Shown piece after piece: positions 12,561-26,415 of a stretch of DNA of 64,000 nt. The notes beneath the pieces are model-generated. The model saw only the letters and a list, made by a program, of their open reading frames with translations, was not told the origin of the DNA and ran no database searches. The stretch is from Selaginella moellendorffii (lineage: Eukaryota; Plantae; Lycopodiophyta). The stretch is from NCBI RefSeq assembly GCF_000143415.4, contig NW_003314265.1, positions 1,840,777 to 1,904,776 of the forward strand, read 5' to 3'. The position numbers were made by a program, and so were the translations under genes. Every line of letters starts with the position of its first letter. Position 1 is the stretch's first letter.

Positions 12561-15500
12561 ATGCGAGAGAGTGGCATCGGGTCTCCACGAATGTATGCAA
12601 CGCCAGGAGGAGGAGCAGCAGCAACAAGCGGGACAATTTTCGCTCGACCAGCAGGACCGAGGCCGGATGGCTCATCATCATCGCCACAAGTTCCAGCAAT
12701 GGGAAGACAAATCCCACAACGGGTTTCGGCGTTCAGCGGATATGTTTCATCAGGAAGTTCAGGTCTTTCGGTTTTTCCTCTCCTTTAAAAAAGTATTATA
12801 TTTCTTGTAGTTTCAACGGCGATTTTTGTTTCCAGGTGGCAGCTCACTCGACTCAGAGGCTTGGCATGCTTGTGCTGGACCTCTTGTTTGTCTTCCTCTT
12901 GTAGGCGATAGAGTTGTCTACTTTCCTCAGGGTCACATTGAACAGGTTTGTAGTGCGTGTTTGTCTTATCCGGCTGAGTTTTATATTGGGAAAGCAAGGC
13001 GAGAACTAACACGTTGGTGCTATTCGTGATCTTGACAGGTGCTGGCCTCTACAAATCAAAACGCTGCGGATTTGCAAATCCCGCAGTATAATCTTCCATC
13101 CCAGATTTTCTGTCGAGTGCTGAACTTGTCGCTGGGTGTAAGTTTTCTTTTTCCACCTTTTTGTACGCGAATGCCAAGAGGGATGTTTGTGAAACTTCTA
13201 TTATGTTACAGGCGTATCGGGAAACGGATGAAGTCTACGCGCAGATGACTCTCGTTCCTGAAAACGAGGTTTGTTTGTCTAATTGATTCAAGTGCATGGA
13301 CATGTAGCTATTTTATATTCGTATTTCTGACCAGCAACTTGACCAATCACTGGAGCTTGATGAACCTACAGCATCTTCAAAGGCCAAGCTGTCCATGTTC
13401 TCCAAAAACTTGACATCTTCTGACACAAGTACTCATGGAGGATTTTCTGTTCCGAGGCGTGCCGCTGAAGAATGCTTCCCCCGACTGGTAAGCTCGTATA
13501 TCCTGATATATGTCACTCCATATATTCGTTAAACTGGATTCCAGGATTATCAGCAAACCCCTCCAGCTCAGGAGATTATAGCAAAAGATCTTCATGGAGT
13601 TGAATGGAAGTTCCGCCACATCTACCGAGGTTCGTACATAGTTTTTGGCTATACTTTCTTACAAAATTCTTGACTTATCCAGGACAACCACGAAGGCATC
13701 TTTTGACGACAGGGTGGAGTGTTTTTGTAAGCCAGAAGAAGCTTGTTGCTGGCGATACCGTTCTCTTTGTCAGGTGAGCTACGGATTTGATCTGTTTTTC
13801 ATACCGTAATAATATTTCGTAACACATAGGGGAGATAATGGTGAGTTGAGAATCGGGATTAGGCGCGCTGTGCGCACGCAGAGCAGTGTCACTTCGTCTT
13901 CGCTACTGTCTAGCCACAGCATGCAAATTGGAGTCCTGGCTGCTGCTGCTCATGCTGTATCCACTAAGACCATGTTCACCGTGTTCTACAATCCTCGGTT
14001 TGACATTCTTTGGATTTAACACGGCAAAGTAATGAATTTGTTTTTCTTCAGGGCTAGTCCAGCTGAATTTGTTGTTCCATACCACAAGTACGTGAAATCT
14101 TTCAAGATGAACATTTTGATTGGTATGCGCTTCAAAATGAGATTTGAGACTGAGGATTCGTCGGAGAGAAGGTAAATCGTTTTGAAGTGAATCTTTTGTT
14201 TTGTCTTCTTTTGCTAACAGTACTCGGTAGTGTCAGATATATGGGAACTATTACTGGAATTGGCGATATCGATCCAGCTCGATGGCCTGGCTCTAAATGG
14301 CGCTTCCTAAAGGTAAAGAGTCTTGTCTTCAAGTGACGCATTTTTTAGCTTCTTCCTTTCTTATATAAGGTCGGTTGGGACGAGCACGCGGCTAGCGAAA
14401 GACAGGAGAGGGTGTCACCATGGGAGATAGAGCCATTTATTGCTCCCAATGTGACTCCCCCAGTTTCGACGAAGAGATTCAGGCCAACAATGCTCACAGA
14501 CATAAGTACGTTTCGATACTCTCTACATGCACTTTTAAACCACGGTTGGTCTATTATCAGGTGTCAGTCGAAAGTCATACGACAATCATCTTCGTCAGAT
14601 CCTACAGGCCAACCGTAATTTGCAGACATCTCACAAGTACGAGGCTGACGAGAGGGAAAACTTTCTCCTGAAGTCTCCTACAGCCCTCTATTCTGAGGCT
14701 AAGGTAACTTCAAGAGTTACTGAGGGTCATAGTGTTCCTGGTTTTCCTTCTGGATTGCCAAGCCCCGGAAACGAGGGGCTACCATCTCATCGTAAAGTCG
14801 ATATGCACCAGCAGCAGCTTAGGCTTTGTGTTCAGCAGTTTCGAGAGCAGAAGGTTCCTCTACAATTCGAGAAACCGCAGCAGCCTTCTCCAACCAGCAG
14901 CTTCGCTTCTCGGCAAGCAGCATTAAGTTGCCCACTCTACTTGCAGCCTCAACATACAACAGACAACTCTTTTCTTAAGCTTCTCATGTCGCCTACGCTG
15001 GCCTCGCTGCAACAGGCTCCCAGTAAGTAAAATCCATCGTCACTTCTTATGTAATGCTTTTTTGTCTACTCTTTTTTGTTCTTTCAGGAGTTGAGGAGCC
15101 CCTTGCAAGAGGTAATGCAAACGATTCTGACCGCGAGTGCAAACTATTTGGTTTCTCGTTGAAACCAAAGACAGCATTGGCCAGCACCGTCAAAGACGAC
15201 GTCCACAAGGATCTCGAGTCAGAAGCTTCCGGCTTCAGGAAGTGTTTTACTGGCCAGAACTGGAACCAGCAGCAGCAACAACAGCAACCAAGCAGGACGT
15301 GCACCAAAGTAAGATCTCATTCTTTATTTGAAGCGCCAGGCTCTGAATCTCTTCTACTTTTCATAGGTTCACAAACACGGTGCAGTGGGACGAGCTTTGG
15401 ACTTGTCCAAGTTCCGGGGATACACGCAACTCCTGGAGGAGCTGCAGCATCTGTTCGGCATTGACGAGAGCCTGAACGGGTCCGAGTGGCAAGCCGTGTA

Positions 15501-15764
15501 CGTAGATAACGAAGGCGACATGCTGCTCGTCGGAGACGACCCCTGGGAGTAAGATCTCGTCTGTGCATTTCATGGTGTGTTTGCTTAAAAGAGTTTTTAC
15601 ATTTCAGGGAGTTTTGCTCGACGGTGCGATGCATACGGATCCTATCGCCGGCTGAGATCCAGAAGCTTACCGTGCAGGCACGCAACAGCAGCACGGAAGA
15701 GCCATCCAGCAGGCTGTCCGATCAGCAGGATTCCTCATCCCCTCCCGCTACTAGCGACGAGTAA
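12561..15764 (+). CDS. ARF: Auxin response factor, class B-like (B3 DBD, KLFG repression motif, PB1 domain)
   Basis: Exon 1 from ATG 12561 splices in frame to '[13 protein letters not shown]...YFPQGHIEQ'. Then '[17 protein letters not shown]', '[18 protein letters not shown]', 'CKLFGFSL', '[18 protein letters not shown]', '[10 protein letters not shown]'. Stop TAA 15762-15764. Confidence 0.95.
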
Positions 15765-15974
15765 TTAAGTAGCTCCTAAGATGCTTCGTTTTGCACTAAT
15801 TGAGAACTTCCCCTTTTTGCCCTGTCTATATAAAATAGTGGTACTTAGCTCAAGTTTAGGGTTCATCGGTGATAAAGGGCTAGGGCAGTGATGGTGGATT
15901 TGGGGTTGGGGTTGGTGGTCGCCGATCCTTCCCCTCTGCCCATTGATCAGGTAGGCCGCTTTCTCTCCACCCTC

Positions 15975-17840
15975 GCAAGATAAGTTCGTTTAGGTAGGGC
16001 TTTTCTTTGCGTTAGCAATAAGCGAGTAAGACTGAGATTTGGAAAGCGAAGCTTCTTGCAACGAGCTAAGAGGTATGCTAGAGGCGATCAAGAAATCGTG
16101 TTGAAACTCTCAACGCTTGAAGACACCTCTTTTCGATTGCAACGCAAAAGGGAGCCAGTGACACAACAAACAACTCAAACAAGCAAAGTGCAAAACAACG
16201 GGCCAAGGAACTCTCAACGCGAAGGGACACTCACCGATGTGGACAACGCTGTTTGAATACGAACAAAACTAACGATCAACGATACTTGGTTTCACATTGC
16301 CAGGTTCGTGTGTGTTTCGATTTGTTCTAATTTCTTGTCATGAAGAAGCCAAGTGACATGCTGGTGCTGCTCAACGACAATAAGAACTGAAAAACTCCCA
16401 TGTCACAGTGTGTGCCAAGAAGAGAAATGCTACTAGATTGGAGAGATTTTGTGTCAACGTTTTGGAGCTTTGAGTTGTGTTGTTGCTGCGCTCAACGCAA
16501 GACCTGCGAGCTGAGAAACAACGTTGGGAAACTGCGATCATCAGAACTTAAATCCAGCTGAATTTCTACATGACAATGGTCCAACCTCAATGAAAACAAC
16601 GATCAGCGACGGATCAAGTCCACTCTCGCCCGCAAGGTAAGTTCGTTTTGAGTAAGACACAACGAAACAAGAGAGATTTGCTGGAGACAAGAAAGCGAAG
16701 CTGCTTGCAACGAGCTAAGAGGTATTCTCTAGGCTAGAGGCGATTAAGAATTCGTGTTGAAACTCTCAACGTTTGAAGACGCTCTTTCTTTTCGATGCTA
16801 TGCTCAACGCACACAGTCCAAGTTAATATGATATGCTTGATCAAACAACTCAAACAAGCTAAGTGCAAAACAACGGTCCAAGGAACTCTCAACGCGAAGG
16901 GAAACTTGTTGTCAGGTTTGTGTGTTTCAATTTGTTTTAAGTTCTTGTCATGAAAAAGAGAAGTGACATGTTGGTGCTGCTCAACCACGATAAGAACTAA
17001 AAAACGCTGTGTCCAAGAAGAAAAATGCTACGAGATTGGAGAGATTCTATGTCAACGTTTGTAGAGATTGTCAGCGATGTTGCTGCTGCTCAACCCAAGA
17101 CCTGCGAGCTGAGAAACAACGTCGAGCTGAGAAACAACGTCGGGCATCTGCAATCTTCAAAACATCAATCCGTACATGACAATGGTCCAACCGCAACGAA
17201 AACAACGATAATGAAAACTCTGGCTGTCCAACGATATGGAAGTTTAACAGGTTCGTGAGCTAGCTGTTCTAACCAAAATGTTTGTTGAAAATGTACATGA
17301 CAATGGTCTAACCTCAATGAAAACAACGATCATGATCCGTCGCAAGGTAAGTTTGTTCAGGGCTTTTCTTCGTGTTAGCAATAAGCGAGTAAGACAACGA
17401 AACAAGAGAGATTTGCTGGAGACAAGAAATATGTAGAGTGATCAACGTTAAAAGAGAGGCTAGAAGCAATCAAGAATTTGTTGAAACTCTCAACGTTTGA
17501 AGACGTTCTTTCTTTTCGATTGAGATTGTCGACGGGGTATGCTCAACGCAAAAGGGAGCCAGTGACACAGTCAAGCTAAGATGATATGCTCAAACAACTT
17601 AAACAAGCTAAGCGCAAAACAACGGTCCAAGAAACTTTCAACGGGAAGGGAAACTTGTGAATACGAACAAAACTAACGATCATTGAAAGTTGACATACTT
17701 AGCTTCATGTTGTCAGGTTTGTGTGTGTTTCAATTTGTTCTAATTTCTTGTCATGAAAAAGACAAGTGACATGTTAGTGCTGCTCAACCACGATAAGAAC
17801 TAAACAACGCTGTGTCCAAGAAGAAAAATGCTACGAGATT
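15975..17840. repeat. Non-coding tandem triplication, ~0.5-0.7 kb diverged units
   Basis: Units start near 15975, 16631 and 17341 (cgcaag[a/g]taagtt). Shared blocks include gttgaaactctcaacg, caaaacaacgg.ccaag and ttcttgtcatgaa. Confidence 0.9.
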
Positions 17841-18029
17841 GAACTTCCTTTTGTTTTTGCAACGCCATAAGATTGCAACGGTGACATAGAACAACGTTCC
17901 AAGGCCAGCTAACGATGGAAGTGTACGCTTTGGCAGTGGCAAAACGAGACAATCTACACGCACTCTGTAGTTTCCTTGAAAAGAAATGAATACATTTACA
18001 AAGTTGCAAATATTTGTCGAGTAGTTATG

Positions 18030-21000
18030 TCAAAAAACACCAAAGTAGCTTGTAAGCTTCCCAGAGACGAGTGTCTGGGCGCTGTGGCAGCTACTCAAGA
18101 GCTCGTTAAATCTCTTGTAGCTGTCCGAGCTTGAAGACCTCGGGCTCGTCACTTCCAAAACTTCCAAGCCGGTCCCCTCTGGCGTGAGCACGAGCAGCTT
18201 CGTGTCCTCTGTCCACGGCCGAGGAATTTCTTCCAGTCCAGTCGCTGCTGCCTGAGTGTTTTCATCCAGCCTTTTGTCCAGCCTTGCCACTAGCTCGTCC
18301 AGTCGTGCCTCTGGCTCCGTCTGAGGTAGCACTGCCTCTTCTTCGTCCCTGGCCTTTGGGAGTAGACTCAAAAGCTCGAGCTCATCTCCGCTTCTCAGGT
18401 ACTCGAGCTCGTGCCTGAGCATAACGTCCTCTGGCTTTGAAGTTGCAGTATCACGGGCAGTCTCGGTCTCCTTGGTGTACTGCTGGTTGTATCTCTCCAC
18501 AAAACTCACAACCTTTTCCTGGATCGCCTCGGGGATGTCGCCACCTTGGAGCCGAGACGCAAACGCAAGACTCTTTTCGTAGTCCCCTACCTCATCTCTG
18601 TGAAAGGACATCTCGCGCAAGAGATAAACCGTCGGGGGAGGCTCGCTGTTGAGACGCATCAGCTTCGTCCAGAAAATGCTCCGGAACACCCGACGCCAGT
18701 TCGCCAGGATCCGGCAGCCACCTTCCGACCACTCAAGGCTCACTGCTCCATCCAAAATGCTGGCTGCGACACGGTTAGCCTCCGGTTCTTCGTAGCCGAG
18801 CTTGCTCAGGTACACTTCCAGCGGAGCCAGTAGAGACTTGTATTGAGCTCTCACGCAGTCGAGGATTGCCTCCGCCGACAACCGTGAGAGAGCTAGAGCA
18901 AACGGGGTTCGTTCGTCAAGGTGAGGAAAGGGAGGCAGTCGGCAGAGCTCCAGCGCGTAGAAAATTGGCTGCAAACTCCCAAAGCTGTTCCAGCCTGCGG
19001 GAGGAGTGTCCTGATCCTTATACCAAGCTTCCGACAAGGTCGCAAGGTCGGGAGGAGGCCAGTAACTGGGACTCGTACTGGCAGCGTTTGTCACCTCCGC
19101 TGTAGCATCGTGGAGCGCTTTGTTGAAGACTGCTACGTAGTCTCCGGGCTCGGCTTTGGTTTCTTCCCGTGACGAGTTTAACGTAGAGTAGAGCTTTTCT
19201 GCCACCAAGTCGCGGAGATCCACAGCATGAAGCTCTGGCTGAGCCGGCGCTAAAGTCGCGAGCCACTCAATACCCCTGGCTAGAGTCTCACTGGAGTAGA
19301 ACCCGTGTTCACTTTTCCCAGTGATCGATAAAACTATCCAGCTACTGATCTTGTCGCCGTCCAATCTGTGTAGCTGAAGCAGCAGTGCTAACTCTTCTTC
19401 TGGTGGCGGCCTTCTGTTGAGATCGCCCTCGTCTGATCCAAAGCCACTTGAAAATACCAACAGCGGCACAGACGTCCCGGTCGGAAGAGATTCCACCAGC
19501 GAATGTAGCTTGCTGCGCATCCTGCTTAGAGGCGAGCCTTCGTCAACCAAGAACAAGAGAGCGCTTGCCCCGTTGATACCTGGCTGGAAGCTTCTGTCGA
19601 GACCAATCTCTTTGGTGATGCAGTGGCAAGCTACTTTGTTTTCGACGTTGCTCGAGATGTAGCATGTTACTGTGTCCCCTTCCAGATTTCCGATTAGCTT
19701 TGACCTCAGCCAGTGCGCCGGAAGCTCACTGCCTCGTCCCTTGGACGAATTGTCTCCCATGCAGAAAACCAGTTTCCAGTAAATAGTTCCCGCCCGTGGA
19801 TTCTTAGCTCTGAGAACCGGAGAAACTATTTCCGACACGTCCAAGAACTTCCACATGCTGTTGAGAAGCGAGACTCGTTGCGTTTTCAAACGGTCCAAGT
19901 CTTCTTTGGCGAGTCCTTGCTTTGTAAGTCGAGAAACGTACTTTCGTCCGTGTTGCATCGGCAAGCCAAGGATCATTGATGACAGAGCCGCTCGGGCTCG
20001 TAGTTTTCGCAATCTGGCAGCTTCCATGATAGCATCGGTCTTACGCTTCCACCTCCTACAAAAACCACTTTAAAGTTTCACGAGAAAAACTGAGTCAATA
20101 CAAACCGGAACCAGAGCCGTGCCCGTCCTGTACTTGCTTCCTCGAACTTCATCCTCTCTTCTTCTTGCCGAGCTTCTTCCAGTCGAGCTTCTTCTTCTTT
20201 CCTTTCTAACTCCTCAGCTTCAGCCAGCGAAACCTCTCCAGGACTAGTAATCTCCTGTCTTTTTGGAGAGTGGTCCTGCTCCTCATAATCGTCTGAACGA
20301 GTTCTTTTCCCTGTGGACGTTTTCTCAGCTACCATGCTGTCTTGCATACTTGGCAGCGGAGCACCCACATCTATGTGTTTCTCGGCTGGCTGGCTTAGAT
20401 TAAGCGGCCGTAACCAATCAAACGATCCCGTCGGAAAGATGTAAGATGGAGCAACCGGAGTCTCGACTACCGTCGGGGCCTTTGCGATAAAAACTGGCGT
20501 TTCTCCGTCGTCATAGTCAGGCATTTCTTCTTCCACTATCTCCGCTGGAGCTTCTTGCACAGCGTTGAATGAAACGTACTCCGTCATATCCGTTTGTAGT
20601 TCCGGACTCTGAGCAGTAAACCGAGGAGCTTCTCTGTTCTGGGAGACAACGTCGTCAATAATTCTTGGGGATCTTTTGGATTCCACCAACCGGGATCTAT
20701 GAAGCCCGTAGTCCTGGTCTTTATTCAGGAACTCGGACTCCTTTACCACGTAAGGCTCTTCAAACAGTTTGATAGAAAATCCATGATAAGATAAGAGATC
20801 GCCAACCTCATGCCTCTGAAAGAGAAAGGAAACAAGCGAATGGTTTTAAGTATCGTTTGTTTCAATTACATTCGTACCTCCATGCCTAACCATTTCTTAA
20901 GTTGAGATAACGGGATCCCTTGAGACACCCTCAACCCGCTGTAAAGAGCGGCCAGCGCCTGGCTGCGAACCTGTGCGCTCCAGCACGTTAAAACCAGATA

Positions 21001-22391
21001 ATACAGACAATTTATAGACACCTTTGAAAACTGAGCATGCATGAGGCAGGCTTGTAAATAAGTGGCCTTTGCAGCAAGCTTGAAAAAACCGATGTAATTA
21101 GGAAGCTTGTACATCCTGATTCAAGAAGGTTACGTCAATAAAGGCTTCCAGTCGCTTACCTCGCAACTTTGCGGGCAAAAATAACATCAGAGGAATTTCT
21201 CATAGCAGGACTCATTGAGGACAAATGAACGGAGAGATCAAATGGTTCTACCTGGAAACAGAGGATAAGAAAATGTACAGCTTTCAAGACTTACGGCAAA
21301 ACCAGGATGCTGGTCGAGTTTGAGAAGCGCATAATACCCCCGAAATTCGGGCTCAGTCATAAGAGGCTCCCCTTTCCTTCGATGATCATCGTACATTTGG
21401 AAGAGCTCGCTAAACGCCTTGTTCATCTGCTCGATGTTAAGATGAGCGTCAAAACCCTCCACGAAGCCTTCTCCCTTGGGAAACTCGCACAACTCGTGCA
21501 TGGCCAGTATATGCAGCCGAATCTGGGGAAGAAAGAAACGCAAGAAAATACGTTTTGACTTTCACGCCGCCACAGCAGAGAACTTACCATCTGCTCGTGC
21601 ATCACAATGGCCTCGTGGTTGAAAATATGCTGCATCCTTAGATCCACCCTCACAGCTCGCATACGGTCCCAAAGAAAGTTATACAAGCCCAAGAGCTCCT
21701 GGGTATAAGACTGCTCCAAAAGGCCGAGAAGATAGTCCATGGTTGCTCGCAACACAGGCAAGGAGCGTATCAGCATTGGATCCTTGTCCGGCGTCCTCGT
21801 GTACTGCGAATGAAATAAGACACAGAATGAGCGAGCGATACACGCTCTTTCACCATTGCTTACTTGTCACCTTTTTCACAGCAAGACTGATAGAGGTCTG
21901 GTTTCTATCCCCGCCTACACGCTCGTAGCGATCGAGATCTCCTATCCGTTCTCTTTCGGATCTCTCACTCTCTGATAAGGAAGAACAAAGAGAGATGAGT
22001 GAAACAAGCACTATTGTGACTTCATACCTGGGCACATATCAGGACAAAGGCCAGGAATTGGCTCGCTGGGTCCAGAGAAGCTGGAGGAGCTTGGTCTAGG
22101 CACCGGCGGCTTCTGGATGGTAGATCCATGAGGAGGAAGAGGCGCTCCTCTTCTAGCCGGCAGGTCGAGAGAGAATACCTCTGGAGACAGCGCCTCGCCC
22201 CTTCTGTTGGACGGCGGATCGGGAGAGAATGGCGACGATGCCACCACCGCTGTCGCCGCTGCTGGCGCTGGAGCCCTGAATGCCGCCTTACCGAAACCGA
22301 ATGGAAGCGTGGGCGGAGTGAGAGGACCGGCCGTGTCCGCTCCAAAATTCGTGTAGGCCGCGATCGGCGTGGCATTCTCCTCCATTTCCAT
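18030..22391 (-). CDS. SAC3B: SAC3/GANP family protein (SAC3B-like, TREX-2 mRNA export)
   Basis: 'GLCPDMCP', 'ERSERERIGDLDRYER', 'YNFLWDRMRAVRVDLRMQHIFN', 'FDAHLNIEQMNK', 'EPEFRGYYALLKLD', long last exon 18030-20056. Confidence 0.92.
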
Positions 22392-22751
22392 AAACCCTAA
22401 AACATTTGCCCTAAAAGAAGATAAGTGTAATCATACAAGAAGATTCGTAGAATCTTTGTTTCTACTTAGAAGATCTACGATTTTTTTTTAAACTTGAAGA
22501 CTTTTGTGTTTGATACAATCGTCACTAACTTTTTGATAAGATAGCCGCGCAACAGCTCCGCTAAAGTTAGCAAGGAGCGAAACTAGTTGAAAGATTCGCT
22601 GCATTTTCCGGGCTTTCTAAGTTTGTCATCATCGCGCGCTGACCCTTTCTCCTTGCTCTTCGTCTTCCTCTTTGATCCTATCCAGCGCTTCCACCGCATT
22701 CATGACAAGGGGAAAGCTTGGTTTTCTCTAGCGCGCTCGCTGGTTTCTTCA

Positions 22752-25700
22752 ATGGAAGAACACCAAGATGGCAAGGGAACGATGTGGGAATTGGATCAAA
22801 CGCTGGATCAGCCACTGGGCGATGAAGCCACCCAAGTTCGCGGCTTCCAAAATTCCAAGGTAATCACCGCTTTGTCCTTCTTCTCTTGCATCTTCGTTGT
22901 AATCTTTCTCCAGGAGCATCCTTTGGCGGTGACGATCCGGCTAGCGTTTATAAGCCTGGGCGTTGTTTATGGCGACCTTGCGACGTCTCCCCTCTACGTT
23001 TTTCCCAGCGTTTTTCCCGACGGCATCGTCGACCGAAGGGACGTTCTCGGCGCCGTGTGCCTCATCGTCTACTCCTTCACGCTCATTCCTCTTATCAAGT
23101 ATGTGTTCATCGTCTTGAGGGCAAATGACAATGGCGAAGGCAAGTTTCGATCGATCGTACTAGTTCTTGGTTTCCTCTCCCAAGATCTTAGAACTCATGA
23201 ATCCATTCAGGTGGCACATTTGCTTTGTATTCTCTCATCTGTAGACACGCCAAAGTGAACACCATTCCAAACCAACACCCGACCGACCAGTACTTGACAA
23301 CGTATAGCCGCCGCCCAGTGCCCGAGAACTCCCGAGCTTCCACCATCAAGAAGCTCCTCGAAGGCAGGAATTCCCTCCAGAAACTCCTGCTCGTCCTCGT
23401 TCTTCTTGGAACCTCCATGGTCATTGGCGACGGCGTCTTAACTCCAGCAATCTCGGGTATGTTTTCTTCGTCTTAAGCCACTCTAAACTAATCGCAGTCG
23501 TGTCCCTTTCGAATTTCTCCTTCCTCTTTTTGTGATCTTTTGTTTCGACCAGTGCTGTCATCAGTCAGTGGGATCAAAGTAGCTCATCCATCTTTTCACC
23601 AAGGTATAATATAATCTTATTCACAGCAACTTTATCGTATTCCATTCGTCTCGATCGCTGATCAAGCTACTATGCTCGATTTGTGCGCGCAGGCCATGTC
23701 GTGATCCTGGCTTTGATCATCCTCGTGCTCTTGTTTAGCATGCAACACGTTGGGACGGACAAAGTGGGGGTCATGTTTGGCCCCGTCATTCTCGTGTGGC
23801 TCTTGTCTATTGGAGCCGTGGGTGTTTACAACATCGCGATTCACAAGCCGGATATCTTCCGGGCCCTCTCTCCCGTCGCTGGCTTCGATTTCTTGAGGAG
23901 AACCAAATCCAAAGGATGGGCCAGGCTTGGAGGAATCGTGCTCTCCATCACAGGTAAACTGTCCTTTCTCTTGAAAGTTTCTATCTTGGTTTTTTTTCTT
24001 CTTCCTTGCGTCTGAGTGACGTTGTTTTGTCGAGTTTTTCTTTGATATTTTCTGGTCTTTCTTTCCTTGGTCTTACTTCTGGTCTAATGCATGTCAGTGA
24101 TATTAACAGATTGAGAAACTACAGGAGCCGAAGCCATGTTTGCGGACTTGGGACATTTTTCTACTGTGTCGATTCGGGTGAGTGTTGTGAACTCCTTTTT
24201 CTTTGATCATGGAAGATAATTTTTTGTAAGAGTTCTTCGTGGTCTGTGTTTTGTAGCTGGCTTTCACGTCTTTGGTGTTTCCTTGTTTGCTGGCTGCGTA
24301 CCTCGGTCAAGCGTCATTCCTTCTCAAGTTTCCCGACAAGGTGGACCAAACTTTCTATAGATCAATCCCAGGTAGGCGAGAGTTTTTATTCTTCTTGATC
24401 AAAAGCTCTCTCGCATTTTATCAGATCCAGTCTACTGGCCAATGTTTGTCATTGCAACAGTTGCAGCCATCGTTGCAAGTCAGGCAACAATCTCCGCCAC
24501 CTTCTCCATCGTCAAGCAATCGGTAGCTCTCGGGTGCTTCCCCCGGGTGAAGATCATCCACACCTCCAACCGCATTCTCGGCCAAATCTACGTCCCGGAG
24601 GTGAACTGGATTCTCATGCTCCTCTGCCTGGCCATCACCGCGGGATTCCGAGAAACAACCCAAATCGGCAACGCTTACGGTTCGTCAACCCAAAGTTCTA
24701 TCAAGATCGTCACCTCTCTTTTTTCTTCTCGATCCAAACAGGAATCGCCGTCATGGCCGTGATGCTCGTCACCACTCTTCTCATGACCTTGATCATGCTC
24801 TTCATTTGGCAGACCAACTTATCCCTCGTCCTCCTCTTCCTCGTCACCTTTGGCTCCGTGGAAACAATCTACTTCTCCGCGGTGCTCTTCAAGATTGCCA
24901 AGGGCGGCTGGGTTCCTCTCGCCATCGCCGCGGCACTCATGCTCATCTTCTACGCCTGGCACTACGGCACCGTCAAGCGCTACCAGTTTGAGATTCAGAA
25001 CAAGGTCCCGCTCGCCTGGATCCTGGGCCTCGGCCCCAGCCTCGGCCTCGTCCGCGTCCCAGGAGTCGGCTTCGTCTACACCGATCTCGCCCACGGCGTC
25101 CCCTCGATGTTTTCTCACTTCATCACTCACCTCCCGGCGATACACTCCGTCCTCGTCTTCGTCTGCGTGAAGTACCTTCCCGTCAACACCGTGCTCGAGG
25201 ACGAGAGGTTCCTCTTCCGGCGGATCGGCCCACCAGACTACTGGATGTACCGCTGTACCGTGCGGTATGGATACCGCGATCTCCACCGCAGAGACGAGCA
25301 GTTCGAGGAGCGCCTGATAGGAGCTCTGGCCGACTTCATCCGCAAGGATGATGACAACAATCGGGTGGAAACGTCGTCCACGGCGCCGTCGGAGCCGATG
25401 ACCATGGCTGCCTCCGATCGGGAGCAGAGCTTGCCTTCCGCGATCTCGCCCAGCGATCGCCGGTTTAGCTTCAGCTACAACAGCAACGAGGAGGCGAGCT
25501 GCTGCTCGGTAGAGATCAGGAGGGTGATGGGCGATCAGTCGGGCACGTCGAGTTACAACTCGAGGGATTACCAGGTGGTGCTGAGCCAGCGGCGGATCGA
25601 GCATCAGGTGGTGGAGGATCAGCTCAAGTTTTTGGTGGCGGCCAAGGAGAGCGGCGTGGTTCATATCCTGGGGAACACGGTGGTCAAGGCGAGGAAGGGG

Positions 25701-25832
25701 TCGGGACTGGCCAAGAGAATAGCCATCAACCATGTCTACAGCTTCTTGAGGAAGGTTTGCCGCGAGACCAGCGTCATTTACCACATACCTCACGAGACAA
25801 TGCTCAACGTTGGGATGATTTACGATGTGTAG
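22752..25832 (+). CDS. KUP/HAK/KT potassium transporter
   Basis: '[16 protein letters not shown]', '[19 protein letters not shown]', '[13 protein letters not shown]', '[15 protein letters not shown]', '[10 protein letters not shown]', 'LNVGMIYDV*'. Confidence 0.96.
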
Positions 25833-26415
25833 GCAGGATTCTATGTGTACGTACAAGGAGTCATATGTATACATACTTTATGCCGTTCTTTGTCACCAAG
25901 ATTCCTACTTTGTTTTGAAAAACAGATATAAACAAACGCTTGTGCAAACAGTTGCCTACACATCTTAGAGATGAAAGTATTTCTATTTTTGACTGTGTTC
26001 TGGTTTGCATATTGTGAAATAGGTACAAAATGTATTCAGGATGAAGGTGGAGGTGTAGGTGAGGGTGGTGGTGGGGGTAATGATGATGGTGGTGGAAGTG
26101 GTGCTGTCTTAAAACTTTTCAAATATCATGTGTGAAAAATGTCAACATACAAGAATTAAAAAGAAATCTTGAATCATAGATATGTGTATATCAATGATTT
26201 TTACTTTAAAACACCATTAGTTTTTAAAAATTTAGATATACAATGAATGTTTAAAACAATATTATAACATAATTTAAAAATTGGTAATATAATAAATGAA
26301 AAGAATGGTTTTATTTCTTTTTTCTTGTTCTAATTCTATATTTAACATTTTAGAAATATATTAACAAAGAAAATTAAACTAATAAACTTCTTAAATATGT
26401 TAAATTTTTATATGC

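Noticed and set aside
16338-16390. Box C/D-like ATGAAGA...CTGA in repeat unit 1
   Set aside because: Box C is imperfect, both boxes are lost in the other units, and no rRNA guide was recognised
24819-25874. 351-aa antisense ORF over the KUP last exon
   Set aside because: Shadow of GC3-rich codon usage; no recognisable motifs
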